Source of the DNA: an uncultured Verrucomicrobiales bacterium
Lineage (GTDB): Bacteria > Verrucomicrobiota > Verrucomicrobiia > Verrucomicrobiales > DEV007
Length of the DNA stretch: 55,099 bases
Assembly (NCBI GenBank): GCA_938091905.1
Contig: CALKOM010000063.1
Location: 1-55,099, forward strand
Direction: 5' to 3'
Of the stretch, positions 1 through 11,070 are shown one piece after another; positions within the stretch are counted from its first letter, which is position 1, and every line of letters starts with the position of its first letter. The position numbers and the translations under genes were made by a program. The notes below the pieces were generated by a model. The model did not search any database and was not told where the DNA came from. It worked only from the letters and a program-made list of their open reading frames with translations.

Positions 1-157
1 ATTGAAAACGTCTTTGCTAGAATGGGGCGGTGGACAAGATTGGAACTCCGCCGCGAGCGTAAAGCTTCTCACTTCGAATCGTTTCTAAACCTCTGGGCTA
101 TAAGCACTTGGGTGAAAATCTGAATTAATGGATTAGCCCTAAGGACGGTGACGCTGA

Positions 158-1237
158 TCATAATCCAAGATACTCTTTGCTTCGAGCAAAGACGTCTCGC
201 TGGACGCCTAGTGCGGCCTTCAGCTTGACATCGCGGTCCCACGAATTGCGGGTGGTGCATAGATCCCAGAGCTGTCGCAGTGTGAGGTTGAGGGGGTAGA
301 GCCACGGTGCCACAAGAGGTGTGTTTGTAAGTGGGTAATCCGTGCCGTAGAGTAGTCGGCCTTCGAGGCGTTTGTCATTGATTACCTTGCGTAGGTACTT
401 GCGGCGGTTGAACTGTGTGAGGGTTGAGAGGTCGGCGACCAGGGTGGGGTAATCTGGCATCATCTCGAGGAGGCGTTCAGCGTTGTCCTGGCCTTGGGAT
501 TTTCCAGAGCTGGCCACATGTGCTGCGATGACACGTACGCCGAGCGAAAGAGGCAACTTGAGTAGGTGGGGATCGCCGAGGGCGTTGTTGGTCTTGGAGA
601 ATGAATCTTCGTCACCGACGTGGGTGAGTAAAGGAAGGTCGAGTTCGACGAGCTTCTCGTAGTAGGGAACATGACGTTCGTCAGCCGGGTTGATGTTCTG
701 AATGTTGGGAAGCCATTTGAGGAGGGCGGCGCCGTTTGTCTTTGACCAGTCCAGCTCCTCAAGAGCGTCCGGGCGATTTGGATGTACGCTGGCTCCAAAG
801 TGAAGCTCGGGATACGCCTTGACGGTTTCGCCAACGAAGCGGTTTGGCACAAAGATCTCGCTGGCGAGACGGTCCAATGCACCACTCTGTTTGTAAGGCG
901 CGTCCATGGCCAGAATGACAGCGCCATTGACATGGTTGGACTCGCGGATAGAGCGCGCGATGATCTCCATTAAGATCTGGTCACCTGTAGTGGTGACCTG
1001 TTTCACATTGCTGCCGAAGACGCGCATGTAGAGTCCAAACTTCCAGCTACCCCGCATTTCATCAGAAATCCAAGCGCCGCTGTTGCCGGCGCCGATGCCT
1101 GCGGTGTGGCAGTGCATGTCGATAATGCCATGAGGAGGCGGTGAAACTGCGGGGTGGAGCGGCCCCTTGAATAGCAGTAGCCGCAAGAGGAACAGCGCCA
1201 ACAGTAGGAGTGTACAGACAATGATTGCAGTTGTCAT
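158..1237 (-). CDS. Amidohydrolase family protein (Amidohydro_2-like) with N-terminal membrane anchor
   Basis: IIDMHCH metal-binding motif, LLTHVG, VIAAHVA and LLYGTDYP motifs; hydrophobic N-terminus. ATG at 1237 preferred; the ORF extends to TTG at 1273. Confidence 0.85.
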   Translation of the reverse strand: MTTAIIVCTLLLLALFLLRLLLFKGPLHPAVSPPPHGIIDMHCHTAGIGAGNSGAWISDEMRGSWKFGLYMRVFGSNVKQVTTTGDQILMEIIARSIRESNHVNGAVILAMDAPYKQSGALDRLASEIFVPNRFVGETVKAYPELHFGASVHPNRPDALEELDWSKTNGAALLKWLPNIQNINPADERHVPYYEKLVELDLPLLTHVGDEDSFSKTNNALGDPHLLKLPLSLGVRVIAAHVASSGKSQGQDNAERLLEMMPDYPTLVADLSTLTQFNRRKYLRKVINDKRLEGRLLYGTDYPLTNTPLVAPWLYPLNLTLRQLWDLCTTRNSWDRDVKLKAALGVQRDVFARSKEYLGL

Positions 1238-1527
1238 TCCAGCGAGTTTCGTGGTTTCGGATGCCGCCGACAATACTTTTAGTTAGGATTGACTGGAATA
1301 TGATTGGGAGTCAAAACGCTCTGAAATATCATTTTCGTGGTGTGTCAAGAAGCGGTTGTCGCGGCGTTCTCTTGAATGATGTCCAGTTGGGAGATCTCTT
1401 TCAGCGAAAGCCTGGATCCATTCCCTGCGATTGTAGGGAAGCTTCATACGGTAATGACATTTCCAGGATCGCAAGAGATCAGACGGTGGGGGTGTTTGAT
1501 GAATAGTTGATGTTATGTTAGTTTTGG

Positions 1528-1555
1528 TTGCATGAAGACGAAGGTATTCTATAAT
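1528..1555 (+). promoter_or_regulatory. Sigma70-like promoter (TTGCAT-16 nt-TATAAT), probably leaderless
   Basis: TTGCAT at 1528-1533, perfect TATAAT at 1550-1555, and an ATG at 1562 at the expected +1 position. Confidence 0.55.
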
Positions 1556-1561
1556 CGGGTG

Positions 1562-1933
1562 ATGAAAGAGCTTTCCCTCTTTGTCGCCTTTGTTGCCGCA
1601 GGATGGCTTATCGCCCTTTCCGCTTAGACGATTTATACGGTAGTGCTAGTAAGTGACGGTTTCCGTTCGACCTCCCTGACGGACTATCGCCAAGGCCTTG
1701 TCGGTGCCTTGAACTATGCCTTTCCGTTGGCAATTGGTTGCCTGCTGTTCCTGCGAAAAGTCTACAGCTAAGCGCTGGTTAGTCGCGATCTGTTTGTGCT
1801 CTGCATGTTGACGGGTGTGCTTGGTTACTATCTCGGCTTCAAGGCAAAGGAGTATGCCTTCCCTCAGAATGGCGAGAGCGAGTTCGTAAAGGCTATCTGG
1901 TGGTTGCCTGACCCAGAACCTGAAGTGTCGTGA
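1562..1933 (+). pseudogene. Small multi-pass membrane protein pseudogene (123 codons, two in-frame stops)
   Basis: Manual translation MKELSLFVAFVAAGWLIALSA*TIYTVVLVSDG...GALNYAFPLAIGCLLFLRKVYS*ALVSRDLFVLCMLTGVLGYYLGFKAKE...EPEVS*. TAG at 1625, TAA at 1769, about 3 hydrophobic segments, promoter immediately upstream. Absent from the ORF track. Confidence 0.65.
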
Positions 1934-2152
1934 TCTTGGGGCGGAATAGAGGTGTAGGCAGCGAATAGTGGTGTGATAAGCCGTTGGCATGGCGGAGCTG
2001 ACTGAACTGAACCGTTTGCGTCCGCCAATGAGACGATGTTCCCTCTCATCTAAAGTGTGGGTTTCCTTCGATGGCGGCATGTTGTAGGCTGATGCGTGGT
2101 AGGCTCTTGCCCCCTAGGGCTCCTTTCGCGAAACCCTCCTGCATCAAGTCCT

Positions 2153-5100
2153 ATGATCTCTCCGTCTTTTAGTTCTCTGTGGTTTCTGTGTGTTCTGACC
2201 TGGCTTTGCTCACCGCACGCTGAGGCTGGCTTCGCCTTGAATGGGAACCAGTTTACCGAAGGCGAGGAGATCACCGCGAGCTTCTCAGAGTCGCCAGGGA
2301 ATTCGACGGATTGGGTGGGTATCTATAGTGATCCTGGTAATGGTCCGGTCGACGGGGTGTTTGTTGGGGGCTCGACGATTTAGCGGTACACAAGTGGGAC
2401 GCAGACTGCTGGAGCTGGAGTGGTTGATGGCTCCGTGACCTTTGCTAGTCCAGGATTGGCTCCTGGAAACTACATTGCTTTCTTCATGGCTAATGACGGG
2501 TATGAATCGATTGAGGATCCGGTCCCGTTTGCCGTGAGGGTGGCTGGTGAGGTGGCACCAGAGTTCTTGGTGGATCCTGTATCTTTAGTTCGCGCTGAAG
2601 TTGGGGGTGCTTATGGCGGACGGTTGGGTGCTTATGTCAGTGATCCTGGTGATGAATTGGCGTTTGCTAAGGTTTCTGGTGCTGAATGGCTGATGGTTGG
2701 TGAGAGTGGAGATTTATCTGGAGTGCCGGCTGAGACAGATTTAGGGGAGAATGTATTTATTATCAGTGTCACCGATTCTGCTGGGCTTTCTGATCAGGCG
2801 GGAGTGACGATTGCGGTGACACCAGTCGGAGGGGCACCTGTGGAATCGGTGGGCGTGATGACGTACAACCTTTGGGTAGGAGGAACGACGTCCAAGAACC
2901 TTGCGGCGATTATCAAGTCAGGGGCGGATGTCTTGGGCTTGCAGGAAACGAATGGACAGGCGGCGCGACACGCCGAATCGTTAGGCTGGCACGCTCTGCA
3001 GTCAGGTGGCAGCACTGCGGTGCTTAGCAAATATCCTATCATTGAAACCTATGCGGCTGGCGCTGGCGTTGGTGCCCGCATCCGCATCAGCACAGACCCT
3101 TTTCAGGAGATTGTGGTGTGGAGTTGCCATCTCACGGCGTTTCCTCATGGGCCGTATGACGGTTGTTTTGATGGTGCTTCTGAAGCGAGTATCCTTGGCA
3201 ATGAGACGGTGTCTGGTCGGTTGCCGCAAGTGCAGACGATCTTGACTGCGATGGAGGGGCAGCTTGGCAATGCGGATCAAGTGCCGGTGTTCTTAGTAGG
3301 GGATTTTAACACGCCTTCTCATCTCGATTGGACGGAGGCGACTGCTGCCTCGCATTGTGATTTATGCGATCAATTGGCCAGTGACGCTGGCAGTGGCTGC
3401 GGCTGACCTCACGGACGCCTACCGGGCGGTCCACCCTGATCCGGCGGTTCGCCCAGGCAATACATGGTCACCGATTGTGTCGCTGCGGGAAAACACTGGG
3501 CTCACCCCTGAGCCGCAGGATCGAATTGACATGATTCATTACAAGGGCGCCGATGTAGAGGTACAAAGCGCTGAGGTTTACGTGTTGCCCGGGCCTTTGG
3601 AAGACATGCCGAATCATGGTGGCAATGCGTGGGGATCGGATCACGCGTCCGTGGTGGCCACCTTCATGCTTCCAGAGCCCGATGGGAGTGGTATCCCTTC
3701 ACTGTTCAGTCCGGTTCCGTCTGACAATGCGAACGAATTGGCGAATACGGGACTGGATCTCTCGTGGTCGGGGGGCGCAGGCGCTGATCTCTTCAAGGTG
3801 TATTTAGGAAGGACAGACTCTTTGGGCGAAGACGATTTGGTGGCTGAGTTAGATGTTTCGACTTTTCAGCTGGGAGAGCTGGAAAAAGGCGTGCGCTATT
3901 TCTGGCGGGTGGATGTCGTCAAAGGAGAACAGGTCTTGGAGGGGGGGCTGGAGCTTTGCGACGGATACAGGAGTGAGTCAGGTTGCTCAGTGGGAGTTTG
4001 ATGAGGGCAGTGGAGAGTCTGTTGGGGATTCGCTAGAGTCAGGGATTTCTGGAGTCTTTGTCGATGTTGATTCGAATGAGGTATGGACGGACACGAGTAT
4101 TCTTGGCAAAGGCGTGGCATTGAATCCGTTCGATGGTTGGATTGCGTTTGGCGATGATCCTCGGCTGCGACCGACCACGGGTTTAACGGTTTCGGCATGG
4201 GTCAACCCGCTTTCATTCGAAGAATGGGGAGGTATTGCGAGTTTCATTCATGATACGGGTGCAACGGAAGCGGGATATTCTCTGCACACGCGATCGAATG
4301 GTCGATTTGGTTGGGGGGTAGCCTCCGGTGATTCGGGAGTCATTCAGTATCTGACCAGGCCAACAGGATATGCTCCAGATAGCTGGTATCAGGTGGTTGG
4401 CACGTATGATGGCAGCGAGATCACCCTCTACGTCAATGGGCAAGAAGTAAGCCGACAGGCGCACACGGGCCCCATTGATTGGGAACCGTTGCCTGTCGAA
4501 GGGTTTATTGTTGGATCGTATTTGGACGACAACGAAGATCTGCGTTACGATGGCCAGATCACGCAGATCGGGGTTTGGCGCAAAGCGCTTACGACGGAGG
4601 AGATCCGGAATCTCTTCATTGAAACGGGTTCGGCAATCTGTCCATCATCTCTGACATGCACAGAGGATAGTGCGAATGGTACAGTAACGTTGACGTGGAC
4701 TCCAGGAAGGAATGTTAGCGGTAGTGCCCTTGAGGTTCTTCGGGATGGTGTGGTTTTGACTGAGCTTGCTTTGGATGCTGATTCCTTTTCAGATTCGCCG
4801 CTGAACGCCAACGATCCAGGGACGGTGGAGGTTCGTTACACGGTACGGATCAAAGGTGGTGACCCTAACGAGTGTCCGCCGCTGACGTGTACGGCGAGTT
4901 TCTTCAATGGGCAGATCACTGATGATCTCGTGCTCTACCTAGGGTTTGATGGGGATTTCGTCGATCGGTCTCCTTCTTCCATCACGGGGACGGTATCCGG
5001 GGCTCCTCTGTCTGTTGATGGGCGTGTGGGCCAGTCGTTTCAGTTCGATGATATGGCGGAGCCTCGTCAGTATGTATCGATGGGAGATTCAGAGGCGCTG

Positions 5101-6882
5101 CGATTTGGTACCGAAACGGACTTCAGCGTGTCGCTTTGGGTGAAGTCAACGTCTGCATTCACCGACAATCGAGAGAGTGGAGGCACCAACTACGATCCCG
5201 CAATAATTTCTAACAAAGACTGGAATTCAGGGGTCAATCCAGGTTGGGTGATTGCCGGAAATAGCTCTAATCAAGGAAATGGCATTGGGAATTTGGAATG
5301 GAATATCGGTGATGGCTCTGCTAGAGCAGATTTCGACCAAACCAATTTGCAGATCAATGATGGTGATTGGCATCACATCTTAGTGAGCCACGATCGAGAT
5401 GAGAATGCGGTGTTTTATGTCGATGGGAATCAGGCGGGTGAAGTGGACATCTCCGGCATCGGCGACATCGATTCGGATTTGCCAACGAACGTTGGAACGG
5501 ATGGTGCCGAGGGTGCGACGTGGGAGAACTGGTTTCCTGGTGCGCTCGATGACGTCGCGATCTGGCGGCGAGTCGTGAGCGCGGAAGAGGTCGCGACGAT
5601 TTTTCAAAATGGACAGCAAGGAGTAGGCTTGCCTTCCGCAGGCGATCTCGATGGCGATGGCCTCCCCGACGATTGGGAAACGGCAAACTTTGGCGGTATC
5701 GGTGAGTTCAATGGGGTGGGGGATCCAGATGACGACGGCTTGTCGAATTTAGGGGAGTGGCGAGAAAAGACCGATCCAAACGCTGAAGACTCTGATTCCG
5801 ATGGGGCCAGTGATGGCCGCGAAGTTGCTTTTGGGACGGAACCCTTGAGTGCGGAGAGTGTGCCGCCTGCCAATGGCGTGGTCAGCACAGTCTCGAATAG
5901 CCGTCTCCAGGATTGGTCGAATGAAGCCGTGTGGTCCGATAGTTTGGCGCCGGGAGCGGGGAAGGCGTATTTCGTTAACGGTAGAGCACCGCTTCTGCGC
6001 ACACCGTTAGAAACGAATCCAGTCTTCGGTGGAGCGTCGCTGATGCTTCTCGAAGGGAGTCAGCTGCGGCTCCAACATAGTGGGACAGCAAACGTGCCGG
6101 AGCTTGTTCTCAATGGCGGGGAACTTGTTTTCGATGGTGTCGAAGGTGGCAATGTGGGACTGGGCGGTGGGACCTTGAGTGTGACCAACGAGTCGCGGAT
6201 TGCCCCTGGGAATTCTGGCACGATCAGTATTCAATCGCAGATCACAGGAGAGGGTGTGTTGGTGATTGCTGCGCAAGGGGAAGGGGCCACGGTGGCTGTC
6301 AATTATCGAGGCAACACGTTTACGGGCACTTGGAACATTGAGAGCGGGCGGTTGGTAGCGCAAGATGCCCGGGCCCTGGAGGGCTCAAATATTACGATGG
6401 GGGGTGGCGGTTTGGATCCTGGAGGCAACCTCAACAGCCCCGAAGCGACGTTAACTCTCGCCAGTGCTGAGAGCACGGTCGTGTTTCGGCATCAGATGGC
6501 GTTCAAGTCGGTGAAGATCGTCCCTGAGGGGGGAACTGAGATTGCCTTAGACAACGGCGAGTATGATAGTGCTGCGCTCAGTGATTTGGGCCTTGGGTTC
6601 ATCTTTGGTGAGGGCGATGGCTTGTTGATCGTGGGTGGTGTATTGACCGAACCGGAGACGAGCCCATTTCAGATTCTGGCCGTTGATGATCTAGGGAACG
6701 GGAAGCTCTCGGTGACCTGGATGAGCGAGCCTGGAGTGGTTTATGGCATTCAAATGACCCCGGATTTGCAGGCACCTTGGCAAGAGCTAGGCATGGAAGA
6801 AGGTGCCGATGGAATCGAGACTGGATTCGAGTTGGAGCGCTCTGAGGGCCTCGGATTTGTCCGAATTGTTCGAAATCAGTGA
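2153..6882 (+). pseudogene. Disrupted giant secreted protein: signal peptide, Ig-like and He_PIG/cadherin-like domains, EEP (endonuclease/exonuclease/phosphatase) domain, FN3-like, two LamG, TSP3-like repeats, beta-helix-like module, C-terminal module
   Basis: ORFs 2096-2383, 2420-3406, 3357-4001 and 3853-6882 join into one gene across an in-frame TAG at 2381, a +1 frameshift near 3361 and a frameshift in G7 at 3941-3947. EEP motifs TYNLW, LQE, GDFNTPSHLDW, DRID and SDH are spread across the fragments. Confidence 0.85.
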
Positions 6883-6978
6883 CTTCACCAGGTAATTCGT
6901 TGCCTCTGAGTGTGTTATCTACTTGCTCATACCGGCAAAACTAGCGATCATATCTGAGATTTTAACGGACGGATTCCA

Positions 6979-7737
6979 ATGAAACTAAAACGCGTGAATT
7001 TCTTTTAGTTTGCCAGTGCCGGGCTCATGAGCTTGGCATTTGCACATGCTGTGCACGCTGCCACGGTGTATGCCGATGATTTCGACGGCACTGCGGTCGA
7101 TGCCGGTCTCGGTTATTCCTATTGGGACGCACGCAGCGGGGACCCTACGGATTGGGCATCCACTGGAAATTGGTGGTACAACTCGTCCTACGATTCGGCT
7201 CGGCGCCCCACTCCGCGAAGTGGTGAGCAGGCACTCCACGGTGTCTCTTATTATAATTGGAATACACTTTCGACGAACTTCCAGGCAGGCAACCATTCTC
7301 TTTCCGTATGGGTTCAGGGCGATTCGGATGCCGTTGACGCGACGGATTCGATTTGGCTCTACCTCTACGATGGCAGTCAAACGGATGCCTTTTCAGTCGG
7401 GACCCAAACATTTGATGGTGCGAGCCTCTTTGCGGCTCGATTTGATGCAGACGGAATGACGGCCGAAGTTATCAATGCTGGAGGGGGAAGCATTGGAGCA
7501 TTTTCCGGTATTAATAGGAGCGGGGGCTCGGAATGGTCTCAGGCTGTCATCAATTATGCGATTGGTGACGGTGATCCGTTTATTGGCACTCCCATTGGGA
7601 TCGCCCTCTACGGAAATGGAGATGTGGCTTTTGATGATGTTGAGGTTTCCGTGGACGCTATTCCTGAGCCGAGCACGGTCGGTCTGCTAGGCTTGGGCTT
7701 ACTCAGCCTTCTTAGGCGTGGGCGCTCCAAAGCATAG
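6979..7737 (+). CDS. PEP-CTERM sorting-domain protein, possibly inactivated by an amber codon in the signal peptide
   Basis: C-terminus IPEPSTVGLLGLGLLSLLRRGR. ATG 6979 is in frame with the 7027 ORF (MKLKRVNFF*FASAGLMSLAFAHAVHA), with TAG at 7006-7008. Confidence 0.85.
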
Positions 7738-7819
7738 TCAAGGGCATGGGCCCGGAAACCAATTAACTTTCTAGGCCGTGTATCTCTTTGAGATGCACGG
7801 CCTTTTCATTTAAGCCGTC

Positions 7820-9436
7820 ATGTCTTCCAAAGCCAACAAGCGCGGCGCCCGGGTCAAGCGCAAACGGCAAGAGGTTCGGGCTGCGACGGCCGCTATCACA
7901 CGGCCATTGAAAGAGAAAGGGCCGTCCGGTATTGTGAAGCGGGCGATGAAGGCCTGGAAGGACGCCCAGTTCGACAAGTCGATTGAGCTTTTTGAGAGGG
8001 CCCGCAAGATACACCCCAATCGGGTTGAGATTCTCTTGGATTTGGGGCGTGCCTATGGGATGCGTTACCGTTACGAGGAAGCAGAGGCTTGTTTTTCTCA
8101 AGCTCTCAAACCTTGCCCTAACAATGCTAAAAATCTGCGTGTCTTGGGTGAGAATTATCGGACTCTTGCGCGGTTTCCTCGAGCGTCTGAGTGTCTTACC
8201 CGAGCGTTGACTTGTCAGCCTCGCGATGTCGAGGCGCTTATCTCTCTTGCCGAAGTATCGGAACGATTGCATCGGCTAGATGATGCTGCTGAGGCGATCG
8301 ACCGGGTGCTGGCCCTTGATCCCGGGCATACCACGGCACTTTTCCTCCAAGCGAAACTGGCGAGACGAGCGGGTGACAGCGAACGGGCGGAAAACCTTCT
8401 TAGGGATCAGCTGAGTAAACCAACCAAGTTGTTAGAGCCGCGTTGGCGGGGTTGGTATGAACTCGCCTCAGTGCTCGATAAGCAGAAGAGGTATGAAGAA
8501 GCGTTTCAGGCGCTGGAGAAAGCGAAGCGGGTGTTGCAGAAAGCTGGAAAACAGGTGCGTGGTGGGGCGGATCTTGTAGAGCAGAACAATCGTGAGATGC
8601 TCGAACATCTAACCGAAGAGCATTTGGAACGGTGGCGTGAAGACCAGGATACGTTGGGGGCTCCTGAGCAGTTGGCGCTTCTTTGTGGGCATCCGCGTTC
8701 GGGAACGACGTTGATTGAGCAGGTGCTGGATTCACATCCGGGGCTCGTGAGTGCCGATGAGACCACCATTATGAGCGACGATGTTTACATCGCACTGGGA
8801 GATCTACTCCCTGAGGCTGTGAATCCCGCCGATAGGTTGGATGTCGCATCGGTTGAGATGTTGTCGGGAGTGCGCTCCAATTACCTGCGTTATTCGGAAG
8901 CGTTTCTTGGTCAGGCAATGAACGGTCGCATGCTGCTCGATAAGAACCCAGAGCTCACGATGATTCTGCCGGTGATCAATCGTGTGTTTCCGGAGATGAA
9001 GATTCTGTTTGCTCTACGCGATCCTCGGGATGTGTGCCTGAGCTGCTTCATGCAGCCGCTGCCAATGAACTCCGTTAGTGTGAACTACCTGTCCATCGAG
9101 AGCACTTTTAAGAAGTACGCCACCACGATGCAAACTTGGCTGACGCTTCGTCCGATATTGTCCTGTGATTGGATGGAGACACGGTATGAAGATAATGTGG
9201 CCAATTTGGAGGCAGAGACTCGAAAGATTCTTGGCTTTCTTGGTTTGGAATGGGACGAGACAGTACTGAACTATCATCAGCGTGCTAGTCAGAAACATGT
9301 GAGGTCGCCGACCTATGAAGCCGTGACCAAGCCCGTCTACTCGACAGCAGTTCAGCGATGGCGAAACTATGAGGAATGGTTAGGTCCTCACCTTGAGCTC
9401 TTGGATCCCTTTGTTCGCGCCTTTGGCTATTCTTGA
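7820..9436 (+). CDS. TPR-repeat sulfotransferase family protein
   Basis: N-terminal TPR helices; PAPS-binding motifs GHPRSGTTL and RDPRDVCLS; DKNP motif. Confidence 0.9.
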   Translation: MSSKANKRGARVKRKRQEVRAATAAITRPLKEKGPSGIVKRAMKAWKDAQFDKSIELFERARKIHPNRVEILLDLGRAYGMRYRYEEAEACFSQALKPCPNNAKNLRVLGENYRTLARFPRASECLTRALTCQPRDVEALISLAEVSERLHRLDDAAEAIDRVLALDPGHTTALFLQAKLARRAGDSERAENLLRDQLSKPTKLLEPRWRGWYELASVLDKQKRYEEAFQALEKAKRVLQKAGKQVRGGADLVEQNNREMLEHLTEEHLERWREDQDTLGAPEQLALLCGHPRSGTTLIEQVLDSHPGLVSADETTIMSDDVYIALGDLLPEAVNPADRLDVASVEMLSGVRSNYLRYSEAFLGQAMNGRMLLDKNPELTMILPVINRVFPEMKILFALRDPRDVCLSCFMQPLPMNSVSVNYLSIESTFKKYATTMQTWLTLRPILSCDWMETRYEDNVANLEAETRKILGFLGLEWDETVLNYHQRASQKHVRSPTYEAVTKPVYSTAVQRWRNYEEWLGPHLELLDPFVRAFGYS

Positions 9437-9442
9437 ATGGGG

Positions 9443-10207
9443 CTACTCAGGTGTCACATACGCAGCGGTGATGCCGCCGTCTACGGTGAATTCGGTGCCC
9501 GTGACGAAGCTGGATTCATCACTAGCGAGATAGAGAGCTGCTTGGGCCATCTCACGCGCTTCACCGAAGCGCCCCATCGGAACATGGACGAGGCGTCGCT
9601 GTTTCTTCTCTTCGGTATTGAGGAACTTCATGAGAAGTTCGGTTCGCAATGGACCGGGACAGAGGGCGTTGACACGAATGTTCTCGCGGGCGTGAATCAC
9701 TGCGAGTTCCCGGCTCATGGCGAGAACGCCACCCTTGGATGCTGTGTAAGCGAGTTGAGGGGTGGCTGCCCCTAGTAGCGCGACGAATGAGGCGGTGTTG
9801 ATAATGGAGCCGCCGCCAGCACGTTTGAGAGCGGGGATGCCGTGTTTGCAACCAAGGAAGACTCCTTTGAGGTTGACGTTCATGGTGAGATCCCAAATGC
9901 CTTCGTCGGTGCTTTCGGAATCACCGTCATCGCTGTGCATGATGCCAGCATTGTTGAACAAGATGTCTAATTTACCAAAGGTACTTTCGGCATGAGCGAT
10001 CATCGACTGGCAATCGGCGTCTTTGGAAACGTCTGCGTGAATATAGGTTGCGTTGTCTCCGAGGGTACCCGCAACAGTTTCGCCTTCGGTATCGTTAACG
10101 TCTGTTAGAATGATTGAAGCCCCTTCTCTGGCGAAGAGTTCTGCAGTTTCTTTGCCGATGCCACTGGCAGCTCCGGTGATAAGGGCAACTTTGTTTTCGA
10201 GTCTCAT
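9443..10207 (-). CDS. Short-chain dehydrogenase/reductase (NAD-dependent type)
   Basis: TGAASGIG, NNAGI, YTASK and VDGG motifs. ATG 10207 overlaps the upstream stop (ATGA). Confidence 0.9.
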   Translation of the reverse strand: MRLENKVALITGAASGIGKETAELFAREGASIILTDVNDTEGETVAGTLGDNATYIHADVSKDADCQSMIAHAESTFGKLDILFNNAGIMHSDDGDSESTDEGIWDLTMNVNLKGVFLGCKHGIPALKRAGGGSIINTASFVALLGAATPQLAYTASKGGVLAMSRELAVIHARENIRVNALCPGPLRTELLMKFLNTEEKKQRRLVHVPMGRFGEAREMAQAALYLASDESSFVTGTEFTVDGGITAAYVTPE

Positions 10208-11070
10208 GAGGATGCGTTTGTTAGCTTGGTGGGAATGACCATTTGTCGAATCCAATTGCGCACTTCTGTGCAGCGCACGTTGGCGTTCGTGACGTCGTCA
10301 TCGATGCCGAGTTTCCAGGCGAGATCTTTGCGTGTGGCGTCTTGGTGGAGTTGCTCCAAATCATCGACATAAGCGAGTGCATGATCGCGTGATTGGAAAA
10401 AGCCTTTGCGAGAAAGTTTTTCGATTCGGCAGAAGGTGAGACGAGCCAGTTCGTGGAGGTCATACTCGGGATGATACTGAACTCCCCAGAAGGTGCCGTT
10501 TCCATGAGTGACGCAAACGGACTGGACGTCGGAGAATGCATTTCCCGAGAGGACGACGCCACCAGAAGGGAGTTGAGTGATCTCATCGTCGTGCGAGGTG
10601 AAGGCGTCAAAGATGGCGCGTCGACCCGTATGCATGGGATGTCCCAATCCTTCGTTGGTTAGGCCGATTTTGCGTGATATCCCCATTTCACGACCCTTGG
10701 GATTGATGGTGACGCGCCCGCCTGCCGCTACCACCGCAATTTGGGCCGCCCAACAACTGCCGAAGCTGGGAATGCCAACTTCGTAGATATCGCGTTGCAG
10801 TTGAATCTGATCGGCGACTTCTGCGCTGTCGTCGTTGCAGCCGAGGCTGCAACCGGTCCAAGCGACGCCGTCATACCGATAAAGTTTCTCGGGACTTGGC
10901 ATGTCTCTATCCGGGTCCGATGGGTAGAGCTTGTCGCAGGCGATGGGAACTGGGCTCCATTGCTCTAGCATAGCAGAATAGAGGTCGGCGGCGATCGACG
11001 CGCCACCTGCTGCGAGCTCCTCACGTGCAGCTCTGGTATAACCGTCAATGATGAGGAATCGCAGGTTCAT
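10204..11070 (-). CDS. Class I glutamine amidotransferase-like protein (stand-alone amidohydrolase)
   Basis: GSCWAAQ nucleophile elbow and QYHPE His-Glu motif; no synthetase domain. Confidence 0.85.
   Translation of the reverse strand: MNLRFLIIDGYTRAAREELAAGGASIAADLYSAMLEQWSPVPIACDKLYPSDPDRDMPSPEKLYRYDGVAWTGCSLGCNDDSAEVADQIQLQRDIYEVGIPSFGSCWAAQIAVVAAGGRVTINPKGREMGISRKIGLTNEGLGHPMHTGRRAIFDAFTSHDDEITQLPSGGVVLSGNAFSDVQSVCVTHGNGTFWGVQYHPEYDLHELARLTFCRIEKLSRKGFFQSRDHALAYVDDLEQLHQDATRKDLAWKLGIDDDVTNANVRCTEVRNWIRQMVIPTKLTNASS

Noticed and set aside
1283..1446. MKLPYNRREWIQAFA resembling a Tat signal start
   Set aside because: No hydrophobic h-region or recognisable downstream domain; at most a remnant.
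1985..2030. GGCGGA...TCCGCC hairpin as a riboswitch or ncRNA
   Set aside because: Short stem, no recognisable riboswitch consensus and no U-tract.
1646..2080. 144-aa minus-strand ORF
   Set aside because: No recognisable motifs; it is the antisense shadow of the plus-strand pseudogene 1562-1933.
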